A DNA stretch of 27,577 nt from Myxococcota bacterium (GCA_049969675.1 JBMFOP010000039.1:1-27577); one strand, 5' to 3'. Positions 9,299 to 19,182 are shown, numbered from the stretch's first letter. Notes: generated by a model not told the origin, from the letters alone. Numbers and translations are program-made.

Positions 9299-9309
9299 GG
9301 AGGTCTTAT

Positions 9310-11322
9310 ATGGATAATCCAAGAATTGGAGTTTTTATATGTCATTGTGGAACCAATATCGCTGGAAAAGTAAATATTGAGGAAGTCAGGAAGTTTGCCT
9401 CTACCCTTCCAGATGTTGTCTTTGCTACTGATTATAAGTTTATGTGCTCAGATCCGGGTCAGGAGCTCGTAGGTAAAGCCATAAGAGAACATAAATTAAA
9501 TAGGGTTGTTGTGGCGGCATGCTCACCTCTTATGCACGAATCAACATTTAGAAAGGTCTGCATGCTCGCAGGACTAAATCAATATCTCTTCCAGATGGCA
9601 AATATTAGAGAGCAGTGCTCATGGGTAACAGAAGACCCCGAACTTGCAACTAATAAGGCAAAGGCAATTATATCCGGTGCAGTTTCAAGGTCACGATATC
9701 TTGAGCCACTTAATATAAAGGAAGTACCAATCAACCCTTCCATTTTGATTATAGGAGGAGGGATTGCTGGAATTCAGGCGGCACTTGAATGTGCTGAGGC
9801 TGGCAATAAGGTAATACTCGTAGAGAAGACCCCATCAATTGGTGGACATATGGCTCAGTTTGACAAGACATTTCCAACTCTGGACTGCTCAGCCTGTATT
9901 CTTACACCCAAGATGACAGCAGTTGGACAGCATAACAATATTGAACTTATGACTTATTCAGAGGTAAAGGAGACTTCTGGCTATGTAGGAAACTTCAGGG
10001 TTAAGATTCACCAGAAAGCCAAATATGTAGACCATAGCAAATGTACAGGTTGTGGAGTATGTATGGAGAAGTGCCCATACAAGGCACCGAACGAATTTGA
10101 AGTAGGACTTGCAACAAGAAAGGCAATTTACACCCCATTCCCGCAGGCAGTTCCAAATAAACCTGTTATAGACAGAGAGACCTGCGTATACTTCAAGACA
10201 GGGAAGTGCAGAGCCTGTGAGAAATTCTGTGAACCAAAGGCTATCAAATTTGATGACACAGACAGGGAAGTTGAAGTTCAGGTAGGAGCCATTATAGTCG
10301 CCACCGGATATGACCTATTTGATACGAGGGCAATTTCACAACTCGGATATAAAAAGTATGACAATGTAGTTACCGGACTTGAGTTTGAGAGAATAAATAA
10401 CGCTGCTGGTCCAACCTCTGGAAAGATTCAACTCAAGGATGGGAGAGAACCAAAGTCCGTGGCAATTTTACATTGTATCGGTTCAAGGGATAAAAACTAT
10501 CATGAATATTGCTCAAGGGTTTGTTGTATGTATGCCCTCAAATATGCCCATCTCATAAAAGAGAAGACAGAGGCAGATGTATATAACTGCTATATTGATA
10601 TGAGGTGCTTTGGTAAGGGTTATGAAGAGTTCTATCACAGACTCACTGAAGAGGGTGTGGATTTCATTAGAGGGAAGGCGACAACTGTACTAAATTACAA
10701 TGATGCCAAAATACTCTACCCTGAGATGCTGGAGGCGCTTGGAATCTCTGATAGTGAGGAAGATAGAAAGAAATTATTCGTAAGGACCGAGGATACTTTA
10801 CTTAAAAAGACAATGTGGTTACCAGTTGATATGGTAATACTCTGTAATGCAATGGAGGCAAGAGCGGATGCAAAGGAGATATCTCGACTCCTGAATATCA
10901 GCATAGGGAAAGATGGATTCTTCCTTGAAAAACACCCGAAACTTGCACCTGTCAGCACTGCTACAGATGGGGTATTTCTTGCAGGCGCCTGCCAAGGACC
11001 GAAGGACATCCCTGATACAGTGGCACAGGCATCAGCAGCAGCAGCGGCAGCGATATCACTGCTTCAAAGGAATAAGGTTGTAATAGAATCAGCCACTGCA
11101 ACAATAACAGAAGAACTCTGCTCTGGTTGTAAACTCTGCAATGATATCTGTCCATTTAATGCAATTACATTTGACGAGAGTAAGCAAAAATCTGTCATAA
11201 ATGATGCCCTCTGTAAGGGATGCGGGACCTGCGTATCCACCTGTCCCTCCTCTGCAATACTGGCAAATCACTTCACAGACAGACAGATATTTGCAGAGAT
11301 TGAAGGTTTGCTAAATTTGTGA
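9310..11322 (+). CDS. hdrA: Heterodisulfide reductase subunit A (FAD, Fe-S)
   Basis: 'RIGVFICHCGTNI', 'VVAACSP', 'ANIREQCSW', 'IGGGIAG', 'MAQFDKTFPTLDCSACIL', 'YCSRVCCMY', 'AGACQGPKDIP', C-terminal ferredoxin 'CSGCKLC...CP/CKGCGTC...CP'. Confidence 0.97.
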   Translation: MDNPRIGVFICHCGTNIAGKVNIEEVRKFASTLPDVVFATDYKFMCSDPGQELVGKAIREHKLNRVVVAACSPLMHESTFRKVCMLAGLNQYLFQMANIREQCSWVTEDPELATNKAKAIISGAVSRSRYLEPLNIKEVPINPSILIIGGGIAGIQAALECAEAGNKVILVEKTPSIGGHMAQFDKTFPTLDCSACILTPKMTAVGQHNNIELMTYSEVKETSGYVGNFRVKIHQKAKYVDHSKCTGCGVCMEKCPYKAPNEFEVGLATRKAIYTPFPQAVPNKPVIDRETCVYFKTGKCRACEKFCEPKAIKFDDTDREVEVQVGAIIVATGYDLFDTRAISQLGYKKYDNVVTGLEFERINNAAGPTSGKIQLKDGREPKSVAILHCIGSRDKNYHEYCSRVCCMYALKYAHLIKEKTEADVYNCYIDMRCFGKGYEEFYHRLTEEGVDFIRGKATTVLNYNDAKILYPEMLEALGISDSEEDRKKLFVRTEDTLLKKTMWLPVDMVILCNAMEARADAKEISRLLNISIGKDGFFLEKHPKLAPVSTATDGVFLAGACQGPKDIPDTVAQASAAAAAAISLLQRNKVVIESATATITEELCSGCKLCNDICPFNAITFDESKQKSVINDALCKGCGTCVSTCPSSAILANHFTDRQIFAEIEGLLNL

Positions 11323-11350
11323 TACAAACATTTATCAGGAGGTATAAGTT

Positions 11351-11776
11351 GTGAATACCATAAAAATTCTCGTAGTAGATGACGATGAGGATTTCCTCTT
11401 TACAGTAAGAACTATCCTTGCCAAAAAACCTGAATATCAGATGTTTGAGGCAAGGTCCGGGAAGGAATGTCTTGAGCAGTTATCAAAGGTTGAACCAGAC
11501 TTGATTCTTCTGGATGTTATTATGGAGACAGATATTGACGGTTTTAATGTGGCGCAACAGATAAAGAGCACAGACACAAATAGCCCATATGCAAAGTACA
11601 GAGATGTACCGATAATCTTTTTGACAAGTGTCGAACAGAAGACCAAGTTAAGATTTGCTGATAAGATTGGGACACCTCTTATGCCATCAGATGATTTTAT
11701 TACCAAGCCCATAAAACCGTCAGACCTTTTGCAACGAATAGAGGATGTACTGAAAAAGTATAAGAAGATAAATTAA
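11351..11776 (+). CDS. Stand-alone response regulator receiver (CheY-like)
   Basis: 'ILVVDDD', phospho-Asp in 'LILLDVIME', 'IIFLTS', 'ITKPI'; GTG start with AGGAGG SD. Confidence 0.9.
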   Translation: MNTIKILVVDDDEDFLFTVRTILAKKPEYQMFEARSGKECLEQLSKVEPDLILLDVIMETDIDGFNVAQQIKSTDTNSPYAKYRDVPIIFLTSVEQKTKLRFADKIGTPLMPSDDFITKPIKPSDLLQRIEDVLKKYKKIN

Positions 11777-11788
11777 AGTTAATAGATT

Positions 11789-12892
11789 GTGGAAGAGACA
11801 AGTTCAAACCTGAGTATAATAATTATAGATGATGACCCGGCAATCAGACATGTATGTTCCACTATCCTGAAGAAGGGCTACAATGATGTAAAGTGCTTTG
11901 ATAATGGCGCTTCTGCAATATCATATATTCAGGAGAATAATGTTGATATTGCCCTTATTGATTTGAAGATGCCGGGCATAAGCGGGCATGAATTGATTGA
12001 GAGGATTTCAAAACTTGATAAGGATATCGTAATCATAGTAATTACAGCATATGCCTCAATAGAGAATGCAATAGAGGCGATGCAAAAGGGCGCATCCGAT
12101 TTTTTACCAAAGCCATTTACACCTGATGAATTACGATTTGCAATCAAGAAAGCCGCTGATAAAAGAGAACTTATACTTCAAAAGATAAGGGCTTTAAAAG
12201 AGAAACGGGAGATGGAGGAGAATTATCTCTCCTTTGTCTCTCATCAATTAAAATCACCACTTTCTGCAGCACAACAGCTCCTATATCTTCTTGAAGAGGG
12301 CGAATACAGGATAGACCCCGAGGTGCTTTCAATTATTAAAAGGGCAAACAATAGAATAGGCGAGGCAAATAAACTAGTCAATGAATGGCTCTTCGTTTCA
12401 AGACTTGAGAGATCCGGATTCACGCAGGAACTTATTGAGACAGATATCATTTCACTTATCAATGCGGAGATAGATAGATTTCAGGAGAGCCTTTATCAAA
12501 ATGGTATTCAACTTATAAAAGAGTTCCCAAACTCTGTACATATCATAACAGACCCAACCTGTTTTTCAATGATAATATCCAATCTTATATCAAACGCCAT
12601 TAAATATAACAAAAAGAACGGGAAGATATTTATAAGGGTGAGAGATAAAAATGATAAGATTCAAATTGAGGTTGAAGATACTGGCATAGGTATCAAACCC
12701 GAATATATCCCGAGACTCTTTTCAAAATTCTTTAGAGTGAGAGATGAGAAGACAAGAGATATTGAGGGAACCGGACTCGGACTTGTGATAGTAAAACGGA
12801 TTGTGGATGAGCACAAAGGAGATATTCAGATTGTGAGCGAGATAGATAGAGGGACAAAATTCATTATTACGCTGCCTAAAAAACAGGCATAA
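11789..12892 (+). CDS. Cytoplasmic hybrid protein: receiver-HisKA-HATPase
   Basis: N-terminal receiver ('IIDDD', 'IDLKMPG', 'PKPF'), H-box 'VSHQLKSPL', N-box 'NLISNAIKYN', G-boxes 'DTGIGI' and 'GTGLGL'. Confidence 0.92.
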   Translation: MEETSSNLSIIIIDDDPAIRHVCSTILKKGYNDVKCFDNGASAISYIQENNVDIALIDLKMPGISGHELIERISKLDKDIVIIVITAYASIENAIEAMQKGASDFLPKPFTPDELRFAIKKAADKRELILQKIRALKEKREMEENYLSFVSHQLKSPLSAAQQLLYLLEEGEYRIDPEVLSIIKRANNRIGEANKLVNEWLFVSRLERSGFTQELIETDIISLINAEIDRFQESLYQNGIQLIKEFPNSVHIITDPTCFSMIISNLISNAIKYNKKNGKIFIRVRDKNDKIQIEVEDTGIGIKPEYIPRLFSKFFRVRDEKTRDIEGTGLGLVIVKRIVDEHKGDIQIVSEIDRGTKFIITLPKKQA

Positions 12893-12894
12893 TT

Positions 12895-14190
12895 CTAAGC
12901 CTCTTTATACTCCTTTATCATCGGGAATTTCACAATAAAAACAGTCCCATAAGGGATGTTATCTTTTACCTCAATAGTACCTCCGTGTCCATCTACAATG
13001 GATTTTACAATGGTTAGCCCCAATCCCGTTCCACTCACCTTCCGATTATCAACAACCACATTCTTTACTCTGAAAAATTCATCAAATATTCTTGGTTTAA
13101 ATTCATCTGGAATCCCTATGCCATTATCACTTACAATTACAGTTAGCCAGTTTTCATCATATTTCACATCAAGTTGAATGGTACCACCTATTGGCGTATA
13201 TTTGCTTGCATTCCCGAGAAGATTTGAGATACACTGCCTGAACAGAATGGGCACAACTATCATCCACGGGAGTGCAGCAGGTATATGCTTAATAAATTTC
13301 TGCTCTTTCTTGGAGAATTTCTCTGAGACCTCTGCTATTGCGAGCTCCAGTTCCTGAGTAATATCACATCTCTTCTTTAACTCATTAAAATCAGTTGATT
13401 CAATATTAGCAAGAAAATATAGGTCATTTACCTGTTTTGATAATGCATCAAGCCTATCCACACATCTGTTTAGCCAGTCCTGCTGTTTGTCAGTAATTGG
13501 TCCACCATATCCAGCCAGAATATTTTGCAAAAATCCTATTACAGTAGAGAGAGGCGACTTCATATCATGATATGCAATATCCATAAAGTTCTTTCTGAGT
13601 CTGCCTATCCCGATCAACCTCTCATTTAGTTTCTGAATCTTTACATAATAGGATATTAGTTCTATACGTCTGATGTCCTGTTCTCTAATAATAAGGAAAG
13701 CGGCAACTGTTGCGAATAATGTAAGTATAACAGAGAGAAGTAATGTATAATTATAACCTTCTTCTGATATACAGAAATAGAATGTCATCCCAATTACTAC
13801 AAATAGAAAACCGAGAATGCATTTTAAATTATAAAGAATACCGCAGAAAAAACCCTCAATAATAAATAACATCACAAAGATTGACTTATTACCGCCAGAA
13901 AAAAGGATGAGCATAATTATTAATGCAAGATTTATAAATTGCTGAATATATAAAAGATAATCTATAGTACTTGATTTACTCTTTAATACAAGACTTGTTA
14001 CCAGATTGACAAAAAAGAGAATTGTACAGAGAGATAGGACATTAAAAGAGAAATTGTGTTCAATAAAAGGTAGCAGGATTGATACTGTTATTATAAGATA
14101 GAAGTATGCCCTTAAAAAGAAGACCTTCTTTCTAAAATGATATATATGCTCGGAATAAGATGTGATTTCTGGGTTCTCTATTTCACTCAT
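12895..14190 (-). CDS. Membrane-bound sensor histidine kinase (about 5 TM helices, no large extracytoplasmic domain)
   Basis: Hydrophobic N-terminal ~170 aa; H-box 'AYHDMKSPL', 'NLLGNASKY', 'DNGIGI', 'GTGLGL'. Confidence 0.9.
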   Translation of the reverse strand: MSEIENPEITSYSEHIYHFRKKVFFLRAYFYLIITVSILLPFIEHNFSFNVLSLCTILFFVNLVTSLVLKSKSSTIDYLLYIQQFINLALIIMLILFSGGNKSIFVMLFIIEGFFCGILYNLKCILGFLFVVIGMTFYFCISEEGYNYTLLLSVILTLFATVAAFLIIREQDIRRIELISYYVKIQKLNERLIGIGRLRKNFMDIAYHDMKSPLSTVIGFLQNILAGYGGPITDKQQDWLNRCVDRLDALSKQVNDLYFLANIESTDFNELKKRCDITQELELAIAEVSEKFSKKEQKFIKHIPAALPWMIVVPILFRQCISNLLGNASKYTPIGGTIQLDVKYDENWLTVIVSDNGIGIPDEFKPRIFDEFFRVKNVVVDNRKVSGTGLGLTIVKSIVDGHGGTIEVKDNIPYGTVFIVKFPMIKEYKEA

Positions 14191-14248
14191 AAAAAGTTCT
14201 TATCAAATACAATAATATATGATATTCACAATATTTGCAATAGGTATT

Positions 14249-16177
14249 ATGTTGTTTAAAACTATAAAAATTAAGATTACTGTAATAATCTCTCTCACTG
14301 TTCTAATCGGTGGACTTATTGCATCTATAATAGGAACTTATACTGTTAGAAAAACACTCAAATCTCAATCCTTTGAGAAGATTCGTCATGATATTCAATC
14401 TGCATTTGCCCTCTATCAGTCGGAGGGAGAGAGACTGACATCCATCATAAGTTTGATTGCCTTAAATCTCAAAATAAGAGCAGATTCAGAACTTTTATCA
14501 AATCCATCAATAGTTGATGAGATAAAGAAAGCCAATTCAATAGATTTCCTGACTATAATAGATAAAGATGGCAACGATATATTTACAAAGAAGAGGCTAT
14601 CAAGATTCCCCAGAATGAATGAGAAATCTTCAAAAGAGATATATTCTGAGACTATAAGTAATGATGATATGCAGATACTTTTAAGAGGTAATACAGAAAA
14701 ATATATTATAAAAATTATAGACACACCCTATTCGTACAAAGAAAAAAGAAAGACCTTAAGTGATATTTTATGTATAACGGCTATCTCGGAATTTGAATAT
14801 AACAAGAACAAATATTATCTATACGGCGGGTATATTTTGAATAACAACTTCAATTTCGTAGAGAGGATACGAGAAATAATATATAGTCAGGAATTTTATA
14901 AAGGAAAGCCGGTGGGCACAGTAACTCTATTCTCTGGACCAATAAGAATTGCCACCAATGTCCTCTTAAGTGAAAACAAAAGGGCTATTGGAACTATTAT
15001 TCAGGATATTGTAGGTGAGAGTGTCCTTGATAGAGGCCAGGAATTTATCGGAAGGGCATTTGTGGTCAACTCATGGTATCTCGGTGCATATAGACGAATA
15101 CCTACACGCGATAATTCAAAGGCTATTATTTATGTAGGATTGTCAGAATCAGTATATATGTCAATCCAATCAAATCTAATCTTAAAATTTCTACTGGTGT
15201 CTGTGGTTTCATTTATAATGATTGTAATATTCAGTTATTTACTCATATCAAGGATTACAAAACCCATTGAGAGACTTGCGGAGCTCTCCGAAAATATATC
15301 AAAGGGTGACTTTTCAAAGAGGGCAGAGGTTGAGACCAATGATGAATTGGGCAGACTCATAAAGGCATTTAATCAGATGATTGATTCAATCTCCACTTCA
15401 CACAAAATGCTTGAGGAATATAATCTGACATTGCAGAAAAAGGTAAAGGAACGAACCGATGAATTGATGAAGATAAAAGAGCAGATGATTCAGAGCGAGA
15501 AACTCGCATCGGTAGGAAGACTCTCAGCCGGTATTGCACACGAGATAAACAATCCACTCGGGGCTATTCTGGCATATGCATATCTCATCAAAGAGGAATT
15601 AGGGAGCAAGCCAGATATTAATCAGATCAGGCTCTTTTCAGATAATATTATAGCTGAGACGAATCGCACAAAGAATATAATAAAAGGACTCCTCGAATTT
15701 GCCCGCCAGCATAAATCGGAGTATGAATGGGTAGAGATCAATCAGATAGTTGAAGATGCCATCAATCTCGTCACACTTCAGAAAAAACCTACCAATGTAG
15801 AGATAATCAAGGATTATGGAACAGATATACCGATTGTAAAGATTGACCCTGAACGTATCAAAGAGGCAATTATAAATATCATAATCAATGCACTTGATGC
15901 AATGAATGAGTATGGCAAATTGACAATCAAGACATCAATAGACCATAAGAGGCAGCAGGTAAAGATTTCAATATCAGATACAGGAAGTGGGATCCCTGAA
16001 GAGATAATGGGGCATATATTTGAGCCCTTCTTTACAACAAAGCCAGCAGGCAAAGGTACAGGACTCGGGCTCTCTGTAACCTATGGCATCATCAAACAGC
16101 ATAATGGAGATATAGTTGTAGAATCAAAGATAAACCAGGGAACAACATTTACAATAACACTCCCCCTTCATCCATAA
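14249..16177 (+). CDS. Sensor histidine kinase with periplasmic Cache domain, HAMP and NtrB-type HisKA/HATPase
   Basis: Two TM segments flanking a Cache-like region ('GTVTLF...RIATNV...RAIGT...GRAFVVNSWYLGAY'), HAMP 'ITKPIERL...DELGRL..AFNQM', 'EKLASVGRLSAGIAHEINNPL', 'FEPFFTTKP.GKGTGLGLS'. Start is 14249 (AGGT upstream) or 14219. Confidence 0.9.
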   Translation: MLFKTIKIKITVIISLTVLIGGLIASIIGTYTVRKTLKSQSFEKIRHDIQSAFALYQSEGERLTSIISLIALNLKIRADSELLSNPSIVDEIKKANSIDFLTIIDKDGNDIFTKKRLSRFPRMNEKSSKEIYSETISNDDMQILLRGNTEKYIIKIIDTPYSYKEKRKTLSDILCITAISEFEYNKNKYYLYGGYILNNNFNFVERIREIIYSQEFYKGKPVGTVTLFSGPIRIATNVLLSENKRAIGTIIQDIVGESVLDRGQEFIGRAFVVNSWYLGAYRRIPTRDNSKAIIYVGLSESVYMSIQSNLILKFLLVSVVSFIMIVIFSYLLISRITKPIERLAELSENISKGDFSKRAEVETNDELGRLIKAFNQMIDSISTSHKMLEEYNLTLQKKVKERTDELMKIKEQMIQSEKLASVGRLSAGIAHEINNPLGAILAYAYLIKEELGSKPDINQIRLFSDNIIAETNRTKNIIKGLLEFARQHKSEYEWVEINQIVEDAINLVTLQKKPTNVEIIKDYGTDIPIVKIDPERIKEAIINIIINALDAMNEYGKLTIKTSIDHKRQQVKISISDTGSGIPEEIMGHIFEPFFTTKPAGKGTGLGLSVTYGIIKQHNGDIVVESKINQGTTFTITLPLHP

Positions 16178-16184
16178 TTAATTA

Positions 16185-18353
16185 TTATTGCTTTTTTGCC
16201 TTACTGATTAAGTCAAATGATTTCTTGAGCATCTCATTGGTCTTCTTCTGGTCCTCAATCTTCTTCTGCAACTCCTCAACCAATCTCTCCTTCTCCTTTG
16301 CAATCCTCTCAAATTCTCTAACCTTGTTCTGTAGTTCATTTACCTGAGTTAGTAGCTCCTTCTCTCTATTTTGTGACTGTTCTTTGACCTTATTTACCAT
16401 ATCAAGTGCCTCATCCTTTGCCTTCTTGGTCTTTTTACTCTCCTCTACTAATTGCCTATTTACAAACTCATAGTTATCTTCCATCTCTTTGATGGCTTCA
16501 TCTTTCTGAGAGATTGTGATGTGCAGTTCGTTAATCTCCTCTTTATATTGCGTTGACAGCTCTTCCATCTCCTTAATATGCTTTGCCTTCAGTTGTGCAA
16601 TATTTTTCTCATAATTATCAACCGCGGTCTTATATTGATTGTCAAGTGAATTGTACCTGTCTATCAAACCATTCAATTCGCCGTTAAGTCTTTCAATCTC
16701 CTCAGTGGACTCCTTCTCCAGTCGAGCCTTCTCATCACCAATCTGTTTTATTGTGGCATCCCTATCGGCTATAGCACTATCTCTATCTGCAACAGCCTGA
16801 TTGAGATTGTCAATCACTGAATGCAATCCGTCAATCTCCTGTATCTTCTCCGCCCTGAAGTTAGAGTACTCCTCTCTGAGATTATTCAGTTCTGTCTCAA
16901 GATTTTCTATCCTGCTGTTCCTATCGGCAAGGTCAGATTCAAGTTGAGATATTCTCTGTGAAGTCTCAAGTTCTAGCTGTGCCTTCTGCTGATTTGTTAT
17001 ATTGAGAAGCTGCTGAGTCTCGGAGAGTGCCTTCTCAAGTTCTGACACCCTATCTTCAAGCCTTGCAATCGTTGCATTACCCTCTTCAATCCTTCCATTG
17101 AGGTCTGCAATCTCTCTCGTCTTTTCCTCCTCGTATCTCTTCCTCTCATCATAGGCATCACTCAGCTGCTGCTGAAGTACCTTAATCTGGTTATTTAAGT
17201 CCTCAATATGTTCAGCAGCCTCCTTTGCCTGTCTCTCCTTCTCATCTATTGTCTCATTTAATTGATTAATGAGGTCTTCAATTCTCTTCTCTTTATCGGC
17301 GATTATATCGTCTCTACTCTTTATCTCATTAGCCATCGTCTCTCTTGTGGACTGTAGATCCTTCTCAAGAGCGTCTATCTTTGAATTCAATCCTTCTATT
17401 GCCTCACTGGTACTCCTTTCAATCTCCTCCTTCTCCTGTTGCAATAGTATGAGTGCGCTCTGAATCTCATCTATCATCTTCTCGCGCTCCGCAATCCTCT
17501 CCGCATTCTCCTTCTCTGATTCCTCTTTCAGATTTACTACAAGTTCAAATTGTGATTTGTAATCATCCCTTTCACTGACGGTATGAGAGAGCTGTTCCTC
17601 AAGTTCTTTGATTCTTGATTCAAGCTGTTCGTTTGCCGCCCTCATACTATCAATATTCTGATCTTTGCTCACCAGATCCTGTTCAAGGTGATTTATAAGG
17701 TCATCTTTTGAATTCAATGCAGATTTTAACTTTTCAATCTCCATCTCTCTCTTCTTGAGACTATCCCTTAGATATTGGAGCTTTGCCTCGTGTCTGTCTA
17801 TATCGTGCCTCTTCTTCCATTCATCTGTCTCATCCATCTGTCTCATCTCATCAATTACAACATCCTTCGGTGGGATTGGTGGTGGGACTGGATTCTCATC
17901 TGAGGAAAAGGTCACAGTATCTATAGCTGACTCAATCGCCATAGCAATATCCTCTTTTTCAGCGAGGTCCTCTTCCTTGGGTTGCCCTATAACTTCTATT
18001 ATTCTATTAGAAATCTTTTGCAAATCAGAGATATCTTCAAAATACTCATCTGCCTTCTGGATAGTATTCTTGTGCTGTTCAAATGGCTCACGATTTTCAT
18101 CATTCAGGAGGAGAAAGACCGGGATATTCTTCAATTTTGAATCTTTTTTGATTCTATTACAAATAGAATAGCCGCTCATATCTGAGAGTGTGCTTGTAAT
18201 TACAGCCATAGCAACTTTATTCTTCTTGACATAATCAAATATCTCTTTTCCGCTCTCAAATATCTCCACAGGCCATCTTGAATCCCTTATATAATTCTGA
18301 ATATTAAAACCAATCTGCTTATCCGGACAAGCAATTACTATACTCCTGCTCAT
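16185..18353 (-). CDS. Pseudo-receiver plus Pro-rich linker plus long coiled coil (AglZ/FrzS-like)
   Basis: Receiver fold without the acidic pair or phospho-Asp ('IVIACPD', 'AVITSTLSDMSGYSICNRIKKD'), 'PVPPPIPP' linker, ~540 aa of heptad-rich E/K/Q/L sequence; GGAGGAG SD. Confidence 0.75.
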   Translation of the reverse strand: MSRSIVIACPDKQIGFNIQNYIRDSRWPVEIFESGKEIFDYVKKNKVAMAVITSTLSDMSGYSICNRIKKDSKLKNIPVFLLLNDENREPFEQHKNTIQKADEYFEDISDLQKISNRIIEVIGQPKEEDLAEKEDIAMAIESAIDTVTFSSDENPVPPPIPPKDVVIDEMRQMDETDEWKKRHDIDRHEAKLQYLRDSLKKREMEIEKLKSALNSKDDLINHLEQDLVSKDQNIDSMRAANEQLESRIKELEEQLSHTVSERDDYKSQFELVVNLKEESEKENAERIAEREKMIDEIQSALILLQQEKEEIERSTSEAIEGLNSKIDALEKDLQSTRETMANEIKSRDDIIADKEKRIEDLINQLNETIDEKERQAKEAAEHIEDLNNQIKVLQQQLSDAYDERKRYEEEKTREIADLNGRIEEGNATIARLEDRVSELEKALSETQQLLNITNQQKAQLELETSQRISQLESDLADRNSRIENLETELNNLREEYSNFRAEKIQEIDGLHSVIDNLNQAVADRDSAIADRDATIKQIGDEKARLEKESTEEIERLNGELNGLIDRYNSLDNQYKTAVDNYEKNIAQLKAKHIKEMEELSTQYKEEINELHITISQKDEAIKEMEDNYEFVNRQLVEESKKTKKAKDEALDMVNKVKEQSQNREKELLTQVNELQNKVREFERIAKEKERLVEELQKKIEDQKKTNEMLKKSFDLISKAKKQ

Positions 18354-18364
18354 AACTCCTCCGC

Positions 18365-18883
18365 CTAAAAATGATTATATGAAATTATACTCTCAATTGG
18401 CTTTCTACCCCTGTGACTGCCAATCTCCCTCGGATAACCAAAAGGCATTAACGCAATAATATGCCAGGGCTCAACGATTCCTAATAGTTCAGATATGCCC
18501 TTATCGTCCATCGCACCGATCCAGCAGGTTCCAATCCCTTTCTCCCACGCCGCAAGTGTAAAGTGATCCAGAGCGATTGTGACATCTACTATCTCCCAAT
18601 TCCTTACATAAGTCCCCTTCCCTCTCCATGCGTCTGTGGCATTCCCAACCCCAACAAGTATATAAGGGGCCTCAGCAATAAACATCTGCTTAAAACAATA
18701 TTCTGCAATCTTGATTCTCAAATCCTTATTGTCCACTATAATAAACTTCCAGGGCTGGCGATTTGATGCACTCGGGGCATTTTGTAGAGCAAGAAGAAGC
18801 TCTTTTAATTCCTCTTCAAGGATTGCGTCTGGTTTAAAAGCCCTTATACTTCTCCTTGTCAGAATAATCTCTTTTACACTCAT
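18365..18883 (-). CDS. Nitroreductase family flavoprotein
   Basis: 'RRSIRAF', 'APSASNRQPWKFIIV', 'LAAWEKGIGTCWIGA', 'PFGYP'; ATG 18883 has a GGAGG SD (the TTG at 18937 is an over-extension). Confidence 0.92.
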   Translation of the reverse strand: MSVKEIILTRRSIRAFKPDAILEEELKELLLALQNAPSASNRQPWKFIIVDNKDLRIKIAEYCFKQMFIAEAPYILVGVGNATDAWRGKGTYVRNWEIVDVTIALDHFTLAAWEKGIGTCWIGAMDDKGISELLGIVEPWHIIALMPFGYPREIGSHRGRKPIESIISYNHF

Positions 18884-18966
18884 AGAACCTCCAGAAGCAA
18901 TGGTAAGGTTATAAAAAACATTTAGATTATTCAACAAAAATATGTAAGTAAAATTAATTAGCCTTT

Positions 18967-19182
18967 TTAGATTTTCTTCTTGTTCTGAATCAGACCCTTT
19001 AATCTAAATAATTCCTGCTTCTTTTTAAGTTTCTCATATTTTAGCCTCTTCAACTCCTCGTCCTCTTTAGGAGATATGTACTTGCTCCTCTGAATAAGCC
19101 TTATCTTTTCATCCAGCGCCCTATGTTCCTCCTGAATAATCATTATCCTCTCTTCAATCTTCTCAATATTCATCTCTTCCAT
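18967..19182 (-). CDS. Small DUF465/YdcH-like helical protein
   Basis: 'EEHRALDEKI......S..E..ELKRLK.EKL..K.EL' pattern; ATG 19182 preceded by GAGGTG. Confidence 0.75.
   Translation of the reverse strand: MEEMNIEKIEERIMIIQEEHRALDEKIRLIQRSKYISPKEDEELKRLKYEKLKKKQELFRLKGLIQNKKKI

Noticed and set aside
11029..11052. GCA-type triplet run as a contingency repeat
   Set aside because: It encodes the ordinary Ala-rich helix (QASAAAAAA) after GPKDIP in HdrA and is in frame and imperfect.
5297..11322. Selenocysteine-containing Vhu/[NiFeSe] or Sec-HdrA system
   Set aside because: mvhD, mvhA (DPCFSC) and hdrA read through with Cys codons and contain no internal TGA.
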